A stretch of DNA of 64,000 nucleotides from an uncultured delta proteobacterium (GCA_963804165.1 CAWDPO010000025.1:96001-160000), one strand, 5' to 3'; positions 1 to 10,240 are shown, counted from the first letter of the stretch. Program-made: numbers and translations. Notes: generated from the sequence alone by a model not told the origin.

Positions 1-106
1 CAAGCTTGAACAGATCAATGAAGCGGTTGACGATTTGGCGCGAGGCCAAATTCTCGGGCGAGGAATTTTGACGTATGGATCCGATGATCTGCCCCAAACG
101 CCATGA
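1..106 (+). CDS. C-terminal end of a Zn-binding alcohol dehydrogenase (MDR family), partial at window edge
   Basis: Frame 2 reads KLEQINEAVDDLARGQILGRGILTY...TP* (TGA at 104-106), a typical MDR C-terminal motif. Confidence 0.6.
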   Translation, partial: KLEQINEAVDDLARGQILGRGILTYGSDDLPQTP

Positions 107-421
107 AATATCGCCGTCATTCTGAGCCCGCAGGCCAGGAATCTCGCCTTATGTAAGTGATGTGCGCCAGAGTCGGTAGGTAGGGCCATGAAGGAAATTC
201 GGTAAGCATGAGCCGAGACCAATGAACGCATGCGCTGATTGGCGGTGATTCGACGTCGGCAATGCATGCGCAGTAAAACTATGACTGATCTAATCTTCCG
301 TGACAATGCCTAGAAAATTACCTTGGGGGGAATTTAACTCGCTACCTTGCGCGCGGATAGCGAATTAATCGCGTCGGAAATGGCGAGGCTGCGGTGGCAA
401 TTAGCCTCGATGCTGCCATCA

Positions 422-1469
422 CTAGCGCGACGGCAACGGATCGCCGCCAGCGAGTTTTTTGAACAGTTCTACAGTATCCCGATCGCGCGGCAGCTCGCGA
501 ATGGCTTTCTCCATCTCGTCAGGCATGATCGGCGATGCTTCGAAACCGGAGAGCTTCTTAAATTCCTTGTGGAACTCGGGATCTTGGTACGCCTTTCTCA
601 CCGCATCGCGAAGAGTTTGTACCTGGGCTTTGGGTGTTCCCGGAGGGAGGACGTAAGGCGTACCTACCAAACGAAAAGTTCGATACATGGTGACGAGCTC
701 TGCGCTCCCGATCTGAGGCGGCGAATTCCTCCAACTCCGGCAGCCGCGGAAATGCCGCAGGTCTATTTCCTTTCGGAACCTCAACGATGGCGTGCAAGTC
801 TACCTGTTTTTTTTCGATCCATTTGGCGTTGCGCGTGGTCAGCGTTTCCGAGGAAGCGGCGCGAGCATCGATCTCGCCGCGCTCTAACGCGATGTCCATC
901 TCAGGGCCGCCGTAGCCGAGAACAAACCTCGGCTCTTTTAGGCCCATGAGGTGGGCAAAGACCCGCGCGCTAATATACACGTCATGGCCAACTTCTTGAC
1001 CGCCAATGCGTATTCCCGATGCGGCGCGGAGCTTGTCCAGGCTGTTCAAACCGGCTTCTTTCCAGGTTAGAAAAATATAGTGAAAGATGCTGACGGGCGA
1101 GCCGAGATAAATCAGCTTGTCGAGGTCGTACGAGACGCCTCCGGTATCGAGAATCGCGTTGGTCACCAACGAAGCGGACATACCACCGATGGTCAAGCCA
1201 TCCGGCTTGGCGATCCGGTAAATATGATTCGCCGCCTTTCGCCCACCGCCTCCCGGCATGTAATCGGAAACAATGGTCGGATTACCTGGAATGTACTTCT
1301 GTAGGAATGGAAAAAGAGCTCTTCGCCGCATGTCGCCGGTACCACCGGCCGCGACGATCTGCACCACCGTAATCGTCTTGCCTTGGTAGAAAGGCGCCTG
1401 ACCGACTCCGTTCGATGCCTGACCAAGGATGATCGATGAACTGATCAAACACATGACGGCAAACTTCAT
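422..1469 (-). CDS. TctC/Bug-like tripartite tricarboxylate transporter substrate-binding protein, frameshifted near 698
   Basis: Signal peptide followed by FYQGKTITVV, GGTGD, PGGGG and KPDGLTIG motifs. The C-terminus (PYVLPPGTPKAQVQTLRDA) lies in ORF 422..784; removing one base near 698 joins the two frames. Confidence 0.8.
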
Positions 1470-1600
1470 GATCGTCTCCGAGTCTTTGTCAACGGCACCG
1501 TTACCAGAATCGATTGAGAAAGTGCAAGCTGGAATTTGCGCCGATCTTGCGCATCTGTGTCCGAATTTGTCCCCTGTAGGAAGAAGGTTTGGCCGTTCGG

Positions 1601-2386
1601 TCAGCTCATCAATCTGCCGCCGGAAACGTTGAGCGATTCGCCGGTGGTGTGTGACGAATCGCTCGAAGCGAGAAAGAGCGCGGCTTTGGCAACTTCGTCG
1701 TGCCTGGCATATTTGCGCAGCGGCGTAAGCGCGAGGATTTGCGCTTCATGAGCCTCGACAGTCATTCCTAAATTCTTCGCCCGCTCGGCGTACATCTCGC
1801 GCAAGTCCGGCTCATCCATGCCGCCAGGACAGATGACATTGGCGCGGATCCCATGAGGTCCATATTCTTTGGCGATGGTCTGTGTGAGTCCTGTGACTCC
1901 CCACTTGGCAGCGCACAGCGAGCCGCGCATCGCCATACCTTCACGGCCGGCGGTACCCGAAATGCTGACGATACTGCCGCTCTTCTGTTTAACCATTTGT
2001 TTCAAAACAGCGCGGCAGCACAAAAAGACCAGTTTGAGATTGTATAAAACAACGTCGTCGAATTCCTGTTCGCTGATCTCCGTTACGGGAACCAACGGAC
2101 CGCGGAAGCCGGCGCTGTTGACGAGAATATCGATTTTGCCGAAACGCCGCACGGTCTCGTCGACGAGACCGTTCACTTGGCGATCGTCGCTGCAATCGGC
2201 CGTTATGGCGACCGCTTTCCCGCCCTGTTGATTGATCACTTGAGCGACACCATCGAGCTGCGGCTTCATTTTTTCCAGATCGACTAAAACGACGCTCGCG
2301 CCTTCTTGAGAAAAAGTGCGCGCGATAGTCTCGCCAATCCCTCGTCCGCCGCCGATGATGAGTGCCAACTGATCCTTTAATTTCAT
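1601..2386 (-). CDS. SDR family oxidoreductase
   Basis: GGGRGIG, NSAG, ISGTAG and LCAAK (the catalytic Tyr of YxxxK appears as Leu); ATG at 2386 follows a GGGAGAG RBS. Confidence 0.85.
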   Translation of the reverse strand: MKLKDQLALIIGGGRGIGETIARTFSQEGASVVLVDLEKMKPQLDGVAQVINQQGGKAVAITADCSDDRQVNGLVDETVRRFGKIDILVNSAGFRGPLVPVTEISEQEFDDVVLYNLKLVFLCCRAVLKQMVKQKSGSIVSISGTAGREGMAMRGSLCAAKWGVTGLTQTIAKEYGPHGIRANVICPGGMDEPDLREMYAERAKNLGMTVEAHEAQILALTPLRKYARHDEVAKAALFLASSDSSHTTGESLNVSGGRLMS

Positions 2387-2485
2387 TCTGTCTCTCCCGC
2401 GCGTGTCATCCGCTGCAAACGTTACTTCATGTGGAAGCATGAATGCTCGCCCGTGCCGGCGCGGAATGTTTAAAGCTGCTGAAAC

Positions 2486-3571
2486 CTACTTCGGCGGATA
2501 ATACTTGTCCATCAGGTTCTTAACGCCCGCTTTCGCGCAAGCTTCGTCAAACATCTGCCGCACGATCGGATCTTCGTCTTCATATTCGATCTGGTTACCG
2601 CCGAGCTTGACATCGACGTCCGCCTTACCGCGACCCTCGCCCCACATCTCGTGAAATTTCTGGCTACCCCAACGCAGAGCCAAATAACGCACGGGTTCCG
2701 ATCCGGAATTGAAGTGCTGGTGAAACCACTTACCGGGTGGAACAACGAGACTGCCCGGTCGCCAATCGAAGCGTTTGATCTCTCGCCCCTGGGGCCAGAG
2801 AAGAGAGTAGCCGTGGCCGCTCAAGATGATGACGTGCGCGCCGGGTCCGTGAAAGTGGGCTTTTTTGTAGGTACCGACGGAAAACTGGGAGATATGACCG
2901 CACAGCGTATTCTCGGATACCTCCAAGCGCACCTGTGATCCGCCGCCGCCGCGCTCTTTCCATTCGAGCAGCTTGAGATTCTTCACGTCGGCAACAAAAT
3001 TCGTTTGCCACGTCCGGCCGGAATACCAAGTGCCGGGATTATTGAAGTATTCCTCCTGTGAATTAAAACGGTCGCGGAAGACGTACGGACAATTGAAAAT
3101 AAAATTCGTGTTGTGAATCAAATTGATCATGCAGGGTGCGCTTGTCACCGCGAGAAAACGGGTGGGCTCGTCGCCGTTGCCGTTGAAAAGTTGGTGCCAG
3201 GAATTTAGCGGCGGCGAGAAAAGCGAGCCCTCTTGCCATTCAAAGGTCCGTTTCGGCTCGCCCTCGTTCCAGATCGTCGTCGCGCCGCGACCGCTGATCA
3301 CGTAGATCAATTCCTCGTACATGTGCCTTTCCGGCTCTAAAGCCTTGCCGGGCGCAATCTCACAGATGTAGGCGTCGTTGGTTTCACCCGTGCCTTCCAA
3401 GCAAAGACGCACGCCAAGGCCTCCGGTCCGCTTCCAGGGCTCCAGCGGCACCGTGGCGATGTCTTCAACGAAGAAACTCTGCACCAAGGGAATACCTTCG
3501 TTCTCGACCCACGCTTTGTAGGAACTTTTTTTCGGTGAGATCGAGTCCGTGGAGATTTTCGGTTCTTCCAT
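2486..3571 (-). CDS. Bicupin protein (gentisate 1,2-dioxygenase-like ring-cleavage family)
   Basis: Two cupin motifs: ERHMYEELIYVISGRG...PPLNSWHQ and KAHFHGPGAH...PPGKWFHQH. Confidence 0.75.
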   Translation of the reverse strand: MEEPKISTDSISPKKSSYKAWVENEGIPLVQSFFVEDIATVPLEPWKRTGGLGVRLCLEGTGETNDAYICEIAPGKALEPERHMYEELIYVISGRGATTIWNEGEPKRTFEWQEGSLFSPPLNSWHQLFNGNGDEPTRFLAVTSAPCMINLIHNTNFIFNCPYVFRDRFNSQEEYFNNPGTWYSGRTWQTNFVADVKNLKLLEWKERGGGGSQVRLEVSENTLCGHISQFSVGTYKKAHFHGPGAHVIILSGHGYSLLWPQGREIKRFDWRPGSLVVPPGKWFHQHFNSGSEPVRYLALRWGSQKFHEMWGEGRGKADVDVKLGGNQIEYEDEDPIVRQMFDEACAKAGVKNLMDKYYPPK

Positions 3572-3663
3572 TGGTTTATTTCCTCGATGAAGCTCTCCAG
3601 ACCATGGGCAGCTCGCCCGATCTTTGACCGGGCGAGCTGCCATCGATTCAAGCGCGCCACGCG

Positions 3664-4632
3664 CTATCCAAGCAACTTGGAATATTTCTCACGTAGCTTG
3701 GCGTAACGCTGGCCGCCATCCGTCGCCGCCTTGCGGAAATCTTCCGGCATAACGTCGTACGGCGGGCGGATCGGCCCCGGTTTGCAGTAGCCGGAAGCAC
3801 CCATCAAGATTTTCTCCATTTGGATGTTGTACGATGCAAACACCTCTTGCGAGCCCGTGATCGCATGGTGCGGCTCATTTGCCCATGCGATGTCGTCAGC
3901 GGCGGCTTTCGCTTGTTGGGCATTGCGCGCGGCCAACGCTTTCATGAGTGCGAGGCCGACCTGCGGTCCGACGGAAGGCATCCAGCAAGTCGTCTGAGAC
4001 TCCGGCGAAAGCTGCGCGAATTCATAGGCGAGACCGACGGGCGGCACCAAATTGACGCGGCCCTGCGTCACGTCCACGACTTTTTTCAGAATCGTCTTGC
4101 TGGAGAATTTAGCGGACATGACCGTCGGCGCTCTTTCGACCACCGGCCCCCAAAAATCGGCGTCGAAGGCAAAGCGAAACGCGCGCGGATTGGCATAAAC
4201 CATGATGGGAAAATCGGGAAACGTTTGCGCGACGTCGGCATAGAACTTCACCGCCATATCGAGAGTCGCCGGCTGCCACATCGGAATACCAAGAAGCGTT
4301 CCGCTGGCGCCGCGCTCTTTGACAAACTTGATGCGCCGCGCGATTTCATGCCCGCCCAGCGCCGTCGTGCCAACAAAAGTCGGGATGCGGCCGCGCACGG
4401 TTTTAAGCAAACAATCGACGTACGCTTCATAATCGTTTGGCGAAGTCGTCGCGCACTCACCCATAGTGCCGAGCGCCATGATGCCGGTGGCGCCGTCGCG
4501 CACCAGACTTTCGGCGAGCCGAGCCGTCTCGTCGAGATCGACAGTGTCGGTGGCGTCCAAACGATCAGCTCCTGGTTTCGCTGGCGTTGGCATGATTGCT
4601 AAGACTCCGCGCAGATCCTTTGCGGTGATCAT
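3664..4632 (-). CDS. NahE-like trans-o-hydroxybenzylidenepyruvate hydratase-aldolase (DHDPS/NAL superfamily)
   Basis: IMPTP...TVDLDETARL, GTMGECAT, GTTAL, LGIPMW, YANPRAFRF, SAK (Schiff-base Lys) and GPIRPPY parallel NahE motifs over the full length. Confidence 0.8.
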   Translation of the reverse strand: MITAKDLRGVLAIMPTPAKPGADRLDATDTVDLDETARLAESLVRDGATGIMALGTMGECATTSPNDYEAYVDCLLKTVRGRIPTFVGTTALGGHEIARRIKFVKERGASGTLLGIPMWQPATLDMAVKFYADVAQTFPDFPIMVYANPRAFRFAFDADFWGPVVERAPTVMSAKFSSKTILKKVVDVTQGRVNLVPPVGLAYEFAQLSPESQTTCWMPSVGPQVGLALMKALAARNAQQAKAAADDIAWANEPHHAITGSQEVFASYNIQMEKILMGASGYCKPGPIRPPYDVMPEDFRKAATDGGQRYAKLREKYSKLLG

Positions 4633-4652
4633 ATTCCCCTCCCTAAGTTAGA

Positions 4653-4673
4653 TTAGACGATAAGATTGTCTAA
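4653..4673. promoter_or_regulatory. Inverted-repeat operator upstream of the nahE-like operon
   Basis: TTAGACGAT-AAG-ATTGTCTAA, with 8 of 9 arm positions complementary, about 20 bp upstream of the start codon. Confidence 0.45.
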
Positions 4674-4709
4674 CATGTGAAGTCGGCGGCAAGCAACGCG
4701 AAACAAGTT

Positions 4710-5405
4710 TCAGATTTTTGTCGGTAGCCGATGCGTCAGGACAATTTCCCGGGGTGTGACTGCAGCGTGATACGGCAAGGCTTCGACGCCCGCTTTGACC
4801 GCTTTGCGCAGCCAACGGCCATACTCTGGATCGATTTCATCGGCTGGGCGGAAATAATTGCAGTCGCTGCGCTGAACGACGAAGACGACGACGGCGCGAT
4901 GGCCTTTGCGCTTGAGGCGCATGAGCTCTCTTAAGTGTTTCGTGGCGCGCTCGCTCACGGCGTCGGGAAACGCGGCGGCGCCGTCGAATGAAAGCGTGAC
5001 GTTTTTTACTTCAACGAAACAGTAGCCGTTGCTGCCTTCTAAGCAGAGGTCAAGCCGGCTATGCGCGCTGACCTTGACTTCGCGGCGAATGGTTTGGTAA
5101 CCGCACAGTTCCAAGATCGCGCCCGCCGTAATCGCTTCGGCGACCAGCCGGTTGGGATGCATCGTGTTGATGCCGACCCAGTTTCGCTGGATCTGAATCA
5201 TCTCCCAGGTATAGGCGAGCTTGCGGCCTTTATTGGGACTAAGTGAAAGATAAACGGCGCTGCCGGGCTCTTTGCAGCCGAGCATGCTGCCCGTATTGGT
5301 GCAGTGGGCGGTCACGACTTCGCCGTTGGCGAGACGCACGTCGGCGAGAAAACGCTTGTAGCGTTGCACCAGCGTGCCGCGAATAAGCTTTGTCGTAAAG
5401 CGCAT
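4710..5405 (-). CDS. sfsA: DNA/RNA nuclease SfsA
   Basis: RYKRFLADV, AHCTNTGSMLG, SRLD, FVEVKNVT, FPDAVSERATKHL, FRPADEIDP. Confidence 0.95.
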   Translation of the reverse strand: MRFTTKLIRGTLVQRYKRFLADVRLANGEVVTAHCTNTGSMLGCKEPGSAVYLSLSPNKGRKLAYTWEMIQIQRNWVGINTMHPNRLVAEAITAGAILELCGYQTIRREVKVSAHSRLDLCLEGSNGYCFVEVKNVTLSFDGAAAFPDAVSERATKHLRELMRLKRKGHRAVVVFVVQRSDCNYFRPADEIDPEYGRWLRKAVKAGVEALPYHAAVTPREIVLTHRLPTKI

Positions 5406-5515
5406 GCGAGTGGTTATAGCTGAAGAAAAATTCAATCTGCAAATGGCACCGCTTTCTTGAACTGGCGGAGATGCTTTGTTAGCTTCGTGAAAGCCATTCT
5501 GGCAGCGAAGACGAC

Positions 5516-7729
5516 ATGGCGAAACCACAACTCAAGTACGTCGGTCATAGCGTGCCGCGCGTAGACGGTATTGAAAAAGTCACGGGCCAAGCGAAGTTCG
5601 TCGGCGACATCGTCGTTCCCGGCATGTTATACGGCAAAATTTTGCGCAGCGCTTATCCCCATGCGCGGATTGGCTCGATCGATGCGACGCAGGCTGAGGC
5701 CTTGACCGGCGTGGTTGCGGTGTTGACCGCGTCCGACATCGGCGACCTCAGTCCGATTTACAACGGCCGGCCAGTGATCGCCATGAGCAAAGTGCATTAC
5801 GTCGGCGAGCCGGTGGCGGCGGTGGCCGCCGTCGACTTGTTTACGGCGGAAGAGGCGCTGTCGTTAATTCATGTCGACTACGAAGAATTGCCGACGGTAG
5901 TCGGCATCGACGCGGCGCTTCGCAAGGATGCCGCGCTTATCCATGAAGAGAAGGGCAGCAACATCGGCACGCACGAACAGGTGAGACGCGGCGACGTCGA
6001 TGAAGGTTTCGCGCAATCGGACGAAGTCGCCGAGGACACGTTCACCTTTCCCATGGTCTATCATTACGCGATGGAACCCCACTCGGTGATCGCTCATTAC
6101 GACGACGAAGAGATTACCGTGTGGTCATCGGCGCAGCATCCGTTTCAGGTGCGCGGCGACATCGCCAGGATTTTCAAAATGCCGCCGGCGAAAGTGCGCA
6201 TGATCATCAATTATTTAGGGGGCGGCTACGGCAGCAAGTCGTATACGAAGTTCGAGCCTCTAGTCGTCGCGCTTGCCCGCAAGGCGAAACAGCCGGTGCG
6301 TATCTGCAACTCGGTTGGGGAATCGATGGTCACCGTGCGGCGTCATGGCGCGCGGGTGCGGGTCAAAACCGGCGTCAAGCGCGATGGTACGATCATGGCG
6401 CGCGAGGCGGAGATTTATCTGGACACCGGCGGCTACGACGACAACGGCCCGCAGGTGACGGCGCGCTCGGCGACGCGGGTTCTCGGTCCGTACTGGATCC
6501 CCAATATCCGCACCGATGCGTATCAAGTCTATACCAACACCGGCTCGGCGGGCTCCTATCGCGCGATCGGTGCGCCGCAGGTGATTTACGCGGGGGAATC
6601 GCAGATCGAGATTCTCGCGGCGAAGGTCGGCATGGACCCGGCGGACCTGCGCATGAAAAATCTACTCAAGACAGGGCAGGAACTGCGGCCGGGATTGAAA
6701 GGCATTGACGCTAATCTGTCATCGAGCCTCAAGACGTTGATGCGCGCCAGCAGTTGGAAAAAGTCGCTCAGGAAAAAAGATGCCGCAGTCGGGATGGGCT
6801 GCGCAGTCACCAATGCCGGAGCGACCCCTGTGTCGGTGGCAATGGTCCGAATGCAATCGGATGGCGTCGCCAATATTTCCGCTGGCAGCACGGAGATGGG
6901 ACAAGGCGTACGGACAACGTTAACGCAGATCGCCGCCGAAGAGCTGACCTTACCGATGGAACGGTTCCGCGTGCTCGGTGCCGACACCAAAGTAACGCCT
7001 TACGATAGCTCGACGGGTTCAAGTCGCTCTACGACACTCATGGGTACGGCTGTGCAAAAAGCCGCGCGCGACTTAAAACAACAATTCAGAAAAATTGGTG
7101 CGCAAGCGATGGGCGTTAAACTAAATCAAGTCGAGGTCGTCGACGGCGCATTGATCTGCGGCGAGTCTCGACTGACTTTCAAAGAAGCGTTCGAGCGCCG
7201 CTTCGGCAAGGGTTCCGGCGGTGAAATGATCGGCTGCGGCGAGGCCGGACCGGAAATCACCGATCACAAGCTGCCGGTTTTCTGGGAGGTCGGCATGGGC
7301 GCGGCGGAGGTGGAAATCGATCGTGAGACGGGTGAAGTCAAGCTCAAGAAATTTATCTCATGCGCGGACGTCGGCAAAGCGATCCATCCCGAGCACTGCG
7401 TCGCACAAGAAGAAGGCGCGGCAATGCAGGGGATCGGACATACTTTTTTCGAGCAATTGATTTACGACAACGGCCAGCTGATCAATCCCAATCTGGTCGA
7501 TTACCGCATTCCAACTTTCGACGACGTGCCGGCAGAGTTTCACACGGTGCTCGTCGAGAACGGCGACGGCCCCGGGCCCTTCGGCGTGCGCGGCATGGCT
7601 GAGGGCGGTATTCTTTCCGTCGCGCCGTCGGTGTGCAACGCCATCGACCGTGCCACCGGCGTGCGCATCAAAGATTTACCCCTGACGCCCGAGCGCGTGT
7701 GGCGCGCGCTGCGGGACGCAAAAAAATAA
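5516..7729 (+). CDS. Xanthine dehydrogenase-family molybdopterin-binding (large) subunit
   Basis: RVDGIEKVTG, LRSAYPHARI, GGGYGSK, YRAIGAPQ, TEMGQG, DVGKAIHP, DYRIPT, GPFGVRGMAEG, LPLTPERVW. Confidence 0.92.
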   Translation: MAKPQLKYVGHSVPRVDGIEKVTGQAKFVGDIVVPGMLYGKILRSAYPHARIGSIDATQAEALTGVVAVLTASDIGDLSPIYNGRPVIAMSKVHYVGEPVAAVAAVDLFTAEEALSLIHVDYEELPTVVGIDAALRKDAALIHEEKGSNIGTHEQVRRGDVDEGFAQSDEVAEDTFTFPMVYHYAMEPHSVIAHYDDEEITVWSSAQHPFQVRGDIARIFKMPPAKVRMIINYLGGGYGSKSYTKFEPLVVALARKAKQPVRICNSVGESMVTVRRHGARVRVKTGVKRDGTIMAREAEIYLDTGGYDDNGPQVTARSATRVLGPYWIPNIRTDAYQVYTNTGSAGSYRAIGAPQVIYAGESQIEILAAKVGMDPADLRMKNLLKTGQELRPGLKGIDANLSSSLKTLMRASSWKKSLRKKDAAVGMGCAVTNAGATPVSVAMVRMQSDGVANISAGSTEMGQGVRTTLTQIAAEELTLPMERFRVLGADTKVTPYDSSTGSSRSTTLMGTAVQKAARDLKQQFRKIGAQAMGVKLNQVEVVDGALICGESRLTFKEAFERRFGKGSGGEMIGCGEAGPEITDHKLPVFWEVGMGAAEVEIDRETGEVKLKKFISCADVGKAIHPEHCVAQEEGAAMQGIGHTFFEQLIYDNGQLINPNLVDYRIPTFDDVPAEFHTVLVENGDGPGPFGVRGMAEGGILSVAPSVCNAIDRATGVRIKDLPLTPERVWRALRDAKK

Positions 7730-7795
7730 TTCGGTTATGGTTTGCCGCGCTTCGCTGTCGGTGAGCCACGGCCAGAATTGGCCAAAAGTGAAACT

Positions 7796-8308
7796 ATGAA
7801 AATTGCGAGCGATGTTCCCGGGTTTCAAATTCAGGCGGCGACCAAGGCGGACGTGCCGGTGATCCTTTCCTTCATCAAGAAGCTCGCCGACTACGAGCGT
7901 TTGTCGCACGAAGTCACAGCGACGGAAAAAAGTCTCAGCGAAACGCTTTTCGGCCGGCGGCGCACGGCCGAAGTGGCGATTGGCTACTTTAAAAGACAAC
8001 CGGTTTCCTTCGTGCTGTTTTTTCACAACTATTCGACTTTTCTCGCCCAGCCGGGAATCTATATCGAAGACCTTTACGTCGAGGAGGCCTTTCGCCGGCG
8101 CGGCTTCGGTAGCAATTTGCTGCATTACGTCGCCAAGATCGCGACAGAGCGGGGGTGCGGCAGATTGGAATGGTCGGTTTTGGATTGGAACGAGCCGGCG
8201 ATTAATTTTTACAAGAAAATCGGCGCGGTGCCGATGAGCGAATGGACCGTATTTCGCGTAACCGGAGAGAAACTGACGAAGCTCGCCGCTGCGGGAGTGC
8301 CGCGTTAG
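7796..8308 (+). CDS. GNAT N-acetyltransferase (spermidine/diamine acetyltransferase-like)
   Basis: LADYE, FFHNYSTF, IYIEDLYV, RRRGFG, RLEWSVLDWNEPAINFY. Confidence 0.9.
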   Translation: MKIASDVPGFQIQAATKADVPVILSFIKKLADYERLSHEVTATEKSLSETLFGRRRTAEVAIGYFKRQPVSFVLFFHNYSTFLAQPGIYIEDLYVEEAFRRRGFGSNLLHYVAKIATERGCGRLEWSVLDWNEPAINFYKKIGAVPMSEWTVFRVTGEKLTKLAAAGVPR

Positions 8309-8364
8309 CACGCGGGCTCCGCGTTCATGCAGCGATGGGTCGATTGCGTGAATGTGCCCCGACG

Positions 8365-9027
8365 TCAATCGGATTCGAGCGGAATGACGATCCTGATATC
8401 CGTGCCCTTTTCAGGGGCCGTGTCGACGGTTAGCTCGCCGCCGATTTTTTTGATTCTCTCCCGCATGCCTTTGAGCCCATAGTGACTCGTTCCTTCAGCG
8501 GATGCGGTATCAAATCCCACGCCGTTGTCGCTCAATCGGGCTTCGCAGCCCCTAACGTCGGTCTTGAGGGAAAGGTGCAATTCACTGGCCCGCGAATGGC
8601 GGACTGCGTTTAAGATCGCCTCGCGCAAGGTAAAGTAGAGCTCCCTTTCGATGGCGACCGGCAGATTATGGGTACCGATGGCACAGCGGAAATCGAGCTT
8701 GAAGCCGGTGCGGGCACAAAAAATTTCCAGCTCTTGCTTGAGCCGCCGTTCGAGGGTGCCGGCTTGAAGCTCTTCCTCGTTCTCGTTTTCGGTGAGTAAA
8801 TTGCGGATCTCGGTGATCGCCTTTTCAATGTTGTCTTCAATCGTTCGAAGTTCGTTTTCAACCGTGCTGCGATCGTCGAGGAGTTGGCGCCGGCAAGTCT
8901 CGGCGCGAAGCCTTACGCTCGATAACAATTGTAACACGCGATCATGCAGTTCGCGGGAGATTCTGTGCCGTTCTTCCGTGACGGCGTTAGCAATCTCGGT
9001 GCTTATTTTGCCTGGTGTTTTTTTCAC
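8365..9027 (-). CDS. Histidine kinase core (HisKA_3 + HATPase_c), no sensor domain
   Basis: ERHRISRELHD H-box, EAILNAVRHS N-box, DNGVGFD G1, YGLKGMRER G2, GT box. Confidence 0.9.
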   Translation of the reverse strand: MKKTPGKISTEIANAVTEERHRISRELHDRVLQLLSSVRLRAETCRRQLLDDRSTVENELRTIEDNIEKAITEIRNLLTENENEEELQAGTLERRLKQELEIFCARTGFKLDFRCAIGTHNLPVAIERELYFTLREAILNAVRHSRASELHLSLKTDVRGCEARLSDNGVGFDTASAEGTSHYGLKGMRERIKKIGGELTVDTAPEKGTDIRIVIPLESD

Positions 9028-9074
9028 TGTCCTTTAGGGACGCCCTTGCGTGATCGGTCCAATCAGTTGCGCTG

Positions 9075-9401
9075 TCACTGGGATCCGGCGCTTTTGATTT
9101 CCGCCCAATTTTTCACTCTGATGCACAAGATGCCGAGCCAAAAAGCCGAGAGTTCTCGGTGAGGCGGCTTTGTCGGTAGGGACCGCGATCGCTTACTTTC
9201 GTGCTGTCCACAAGCGCCGGCCCGGTATGGGCGTAGGAATAATGATGCAGCTTCGGCAACTCGGTCAGCTTCGCGGCGGCAAGTGCCTTGTCTTCGGGTA
9301 CCGAATTGCCATTGTCCGCACTGCAGTGACCCAGCAACGGGCAGCGAGTTTCGGTCATGCGCTCTCGTGGCGACAGGTTGTTGTCGACTCGACGAGGTCA
9401 T
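9075..9401 (-). CDS. Hypothetical small protein (reading frame uncertain; alternative 9113..9358)
   Basis: A GGAG RBS precedes the ATG at 9401 and the ORF fills the gap between co-oriented genes; no recognisable motif. Confidence 0.2.
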   Translation of the reverse strand: MTSSSRQQPVATRAHDRNSLPVAGSLQCGQWQFGTRRQGTCRREADRVAEAASLFLRPYRAGACGQHESKRSRSLPTKPPHRELSAFWLGILCIRVKNWAEIKSAGSQ

Positions 9402-9472
9402 TCAATTCTCCACCATCTTAAGCGCCGTGTAACGCAGCAACGCAAGCCTGTCAAGCTCAGGAGCGACGACGG

Positions 9473-10174
9473 TCAATCATCGAGCAGTGACAGAAGCGAT
9501 TTCAAACTTTCGATGCGGTCCGGTGTTGCCGCAGTCGATGACTTGCGCCGGTCGACGAGAATGCCTTTGAGTCCGGCTTCGTTGGCTCCCTGCAGATCAT
9601 CGGTCTCGCTGTCGCCGACGTGAAGCGCATGAGCGGAAGCGAGACCGTGACACGCGAGCGCGGCGTCAAAAATACGCCGATCGGGTTTGGCATAGCCGAC
9701 CTGACTGGACACGAAAACGTGCTCGAAATGCGAACCCGCGCCCAAACCGTCGAGGATTCGTATCAGCCGGGAATCGAAGTTAGAGATCACGTCAAGAATC
9801 AATCCGCGTTCCTTGAGCGACACCAGCGTTTCCAAAACATCAGGGTAGAGTGACCAAGCTTTGGGCTCGGCGAAGTAGCCAAAGAGTTCGGCGAAGTAGG
9901 AATCGAACCCGGCAAAGGGGTGCCATGGCTCGAATACCCTAGCGACGAGATTTTTCCACCAAGCGCGTTCCAACTCGCCGAGGGTGTCTTCGGTCGCGCC
10001 CGGAAACGCCAGGCGCGGCGCCTGATCAAAGCACTCACGAAAACGCCCCATGATTTCGTCAGGCGCGACATTCTTCCCGTGTTTGGCGGCGAACGCGGCG
10101 TAGCTTTCACCGACGTTGTGGACAGGCTTGATCAATGTTCCCGCGGCGTCAAAGAAGACGGCTTTAATCGGCAT
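9473..10174 (-). CDS. HAD-IA family hydrolase (HDHD3/REG-2-like)
   Basis: FFDAAGTL motif I, ISNFD motif II, AKPD, HVGDSETDDLQGA motif IV. Confidence 0.9.
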   Translation of the reverse strand: MPIKAVFFDAAGTLIKPVHNVGESYAAFAAKHGKNVAPDEIMGRFRECFDQAPRLAFPGATEDTLGELERAWWKNLVARVFEPWHPFAGFDSYFAELFGYFAEPKAWSLYPDVLETLVSLKERGLILDVISNFDSRLIRILDGLGAGSHFEHVFVSSQVGYAKPDRRIFDAALACHGLASAHALHVGDSETDDLQGANEAGLKGILVDRRKSSTAATPDRIESLKSLLSLLDD

Positions 10175-10240
10175 GGCGAAGTTCGTATTGGGAAATGCGC
10201 CCAATTGCAATGAAGGTAGCATGCTTTATAATTGAAATCG

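Noticed and set aside
5516-7729. Aerobic CO dehydrogenase CoxL
   Set aside because: The loop reads SYRAIGAP, not AYxCSFR (form I) or AYRGAGR (form II)
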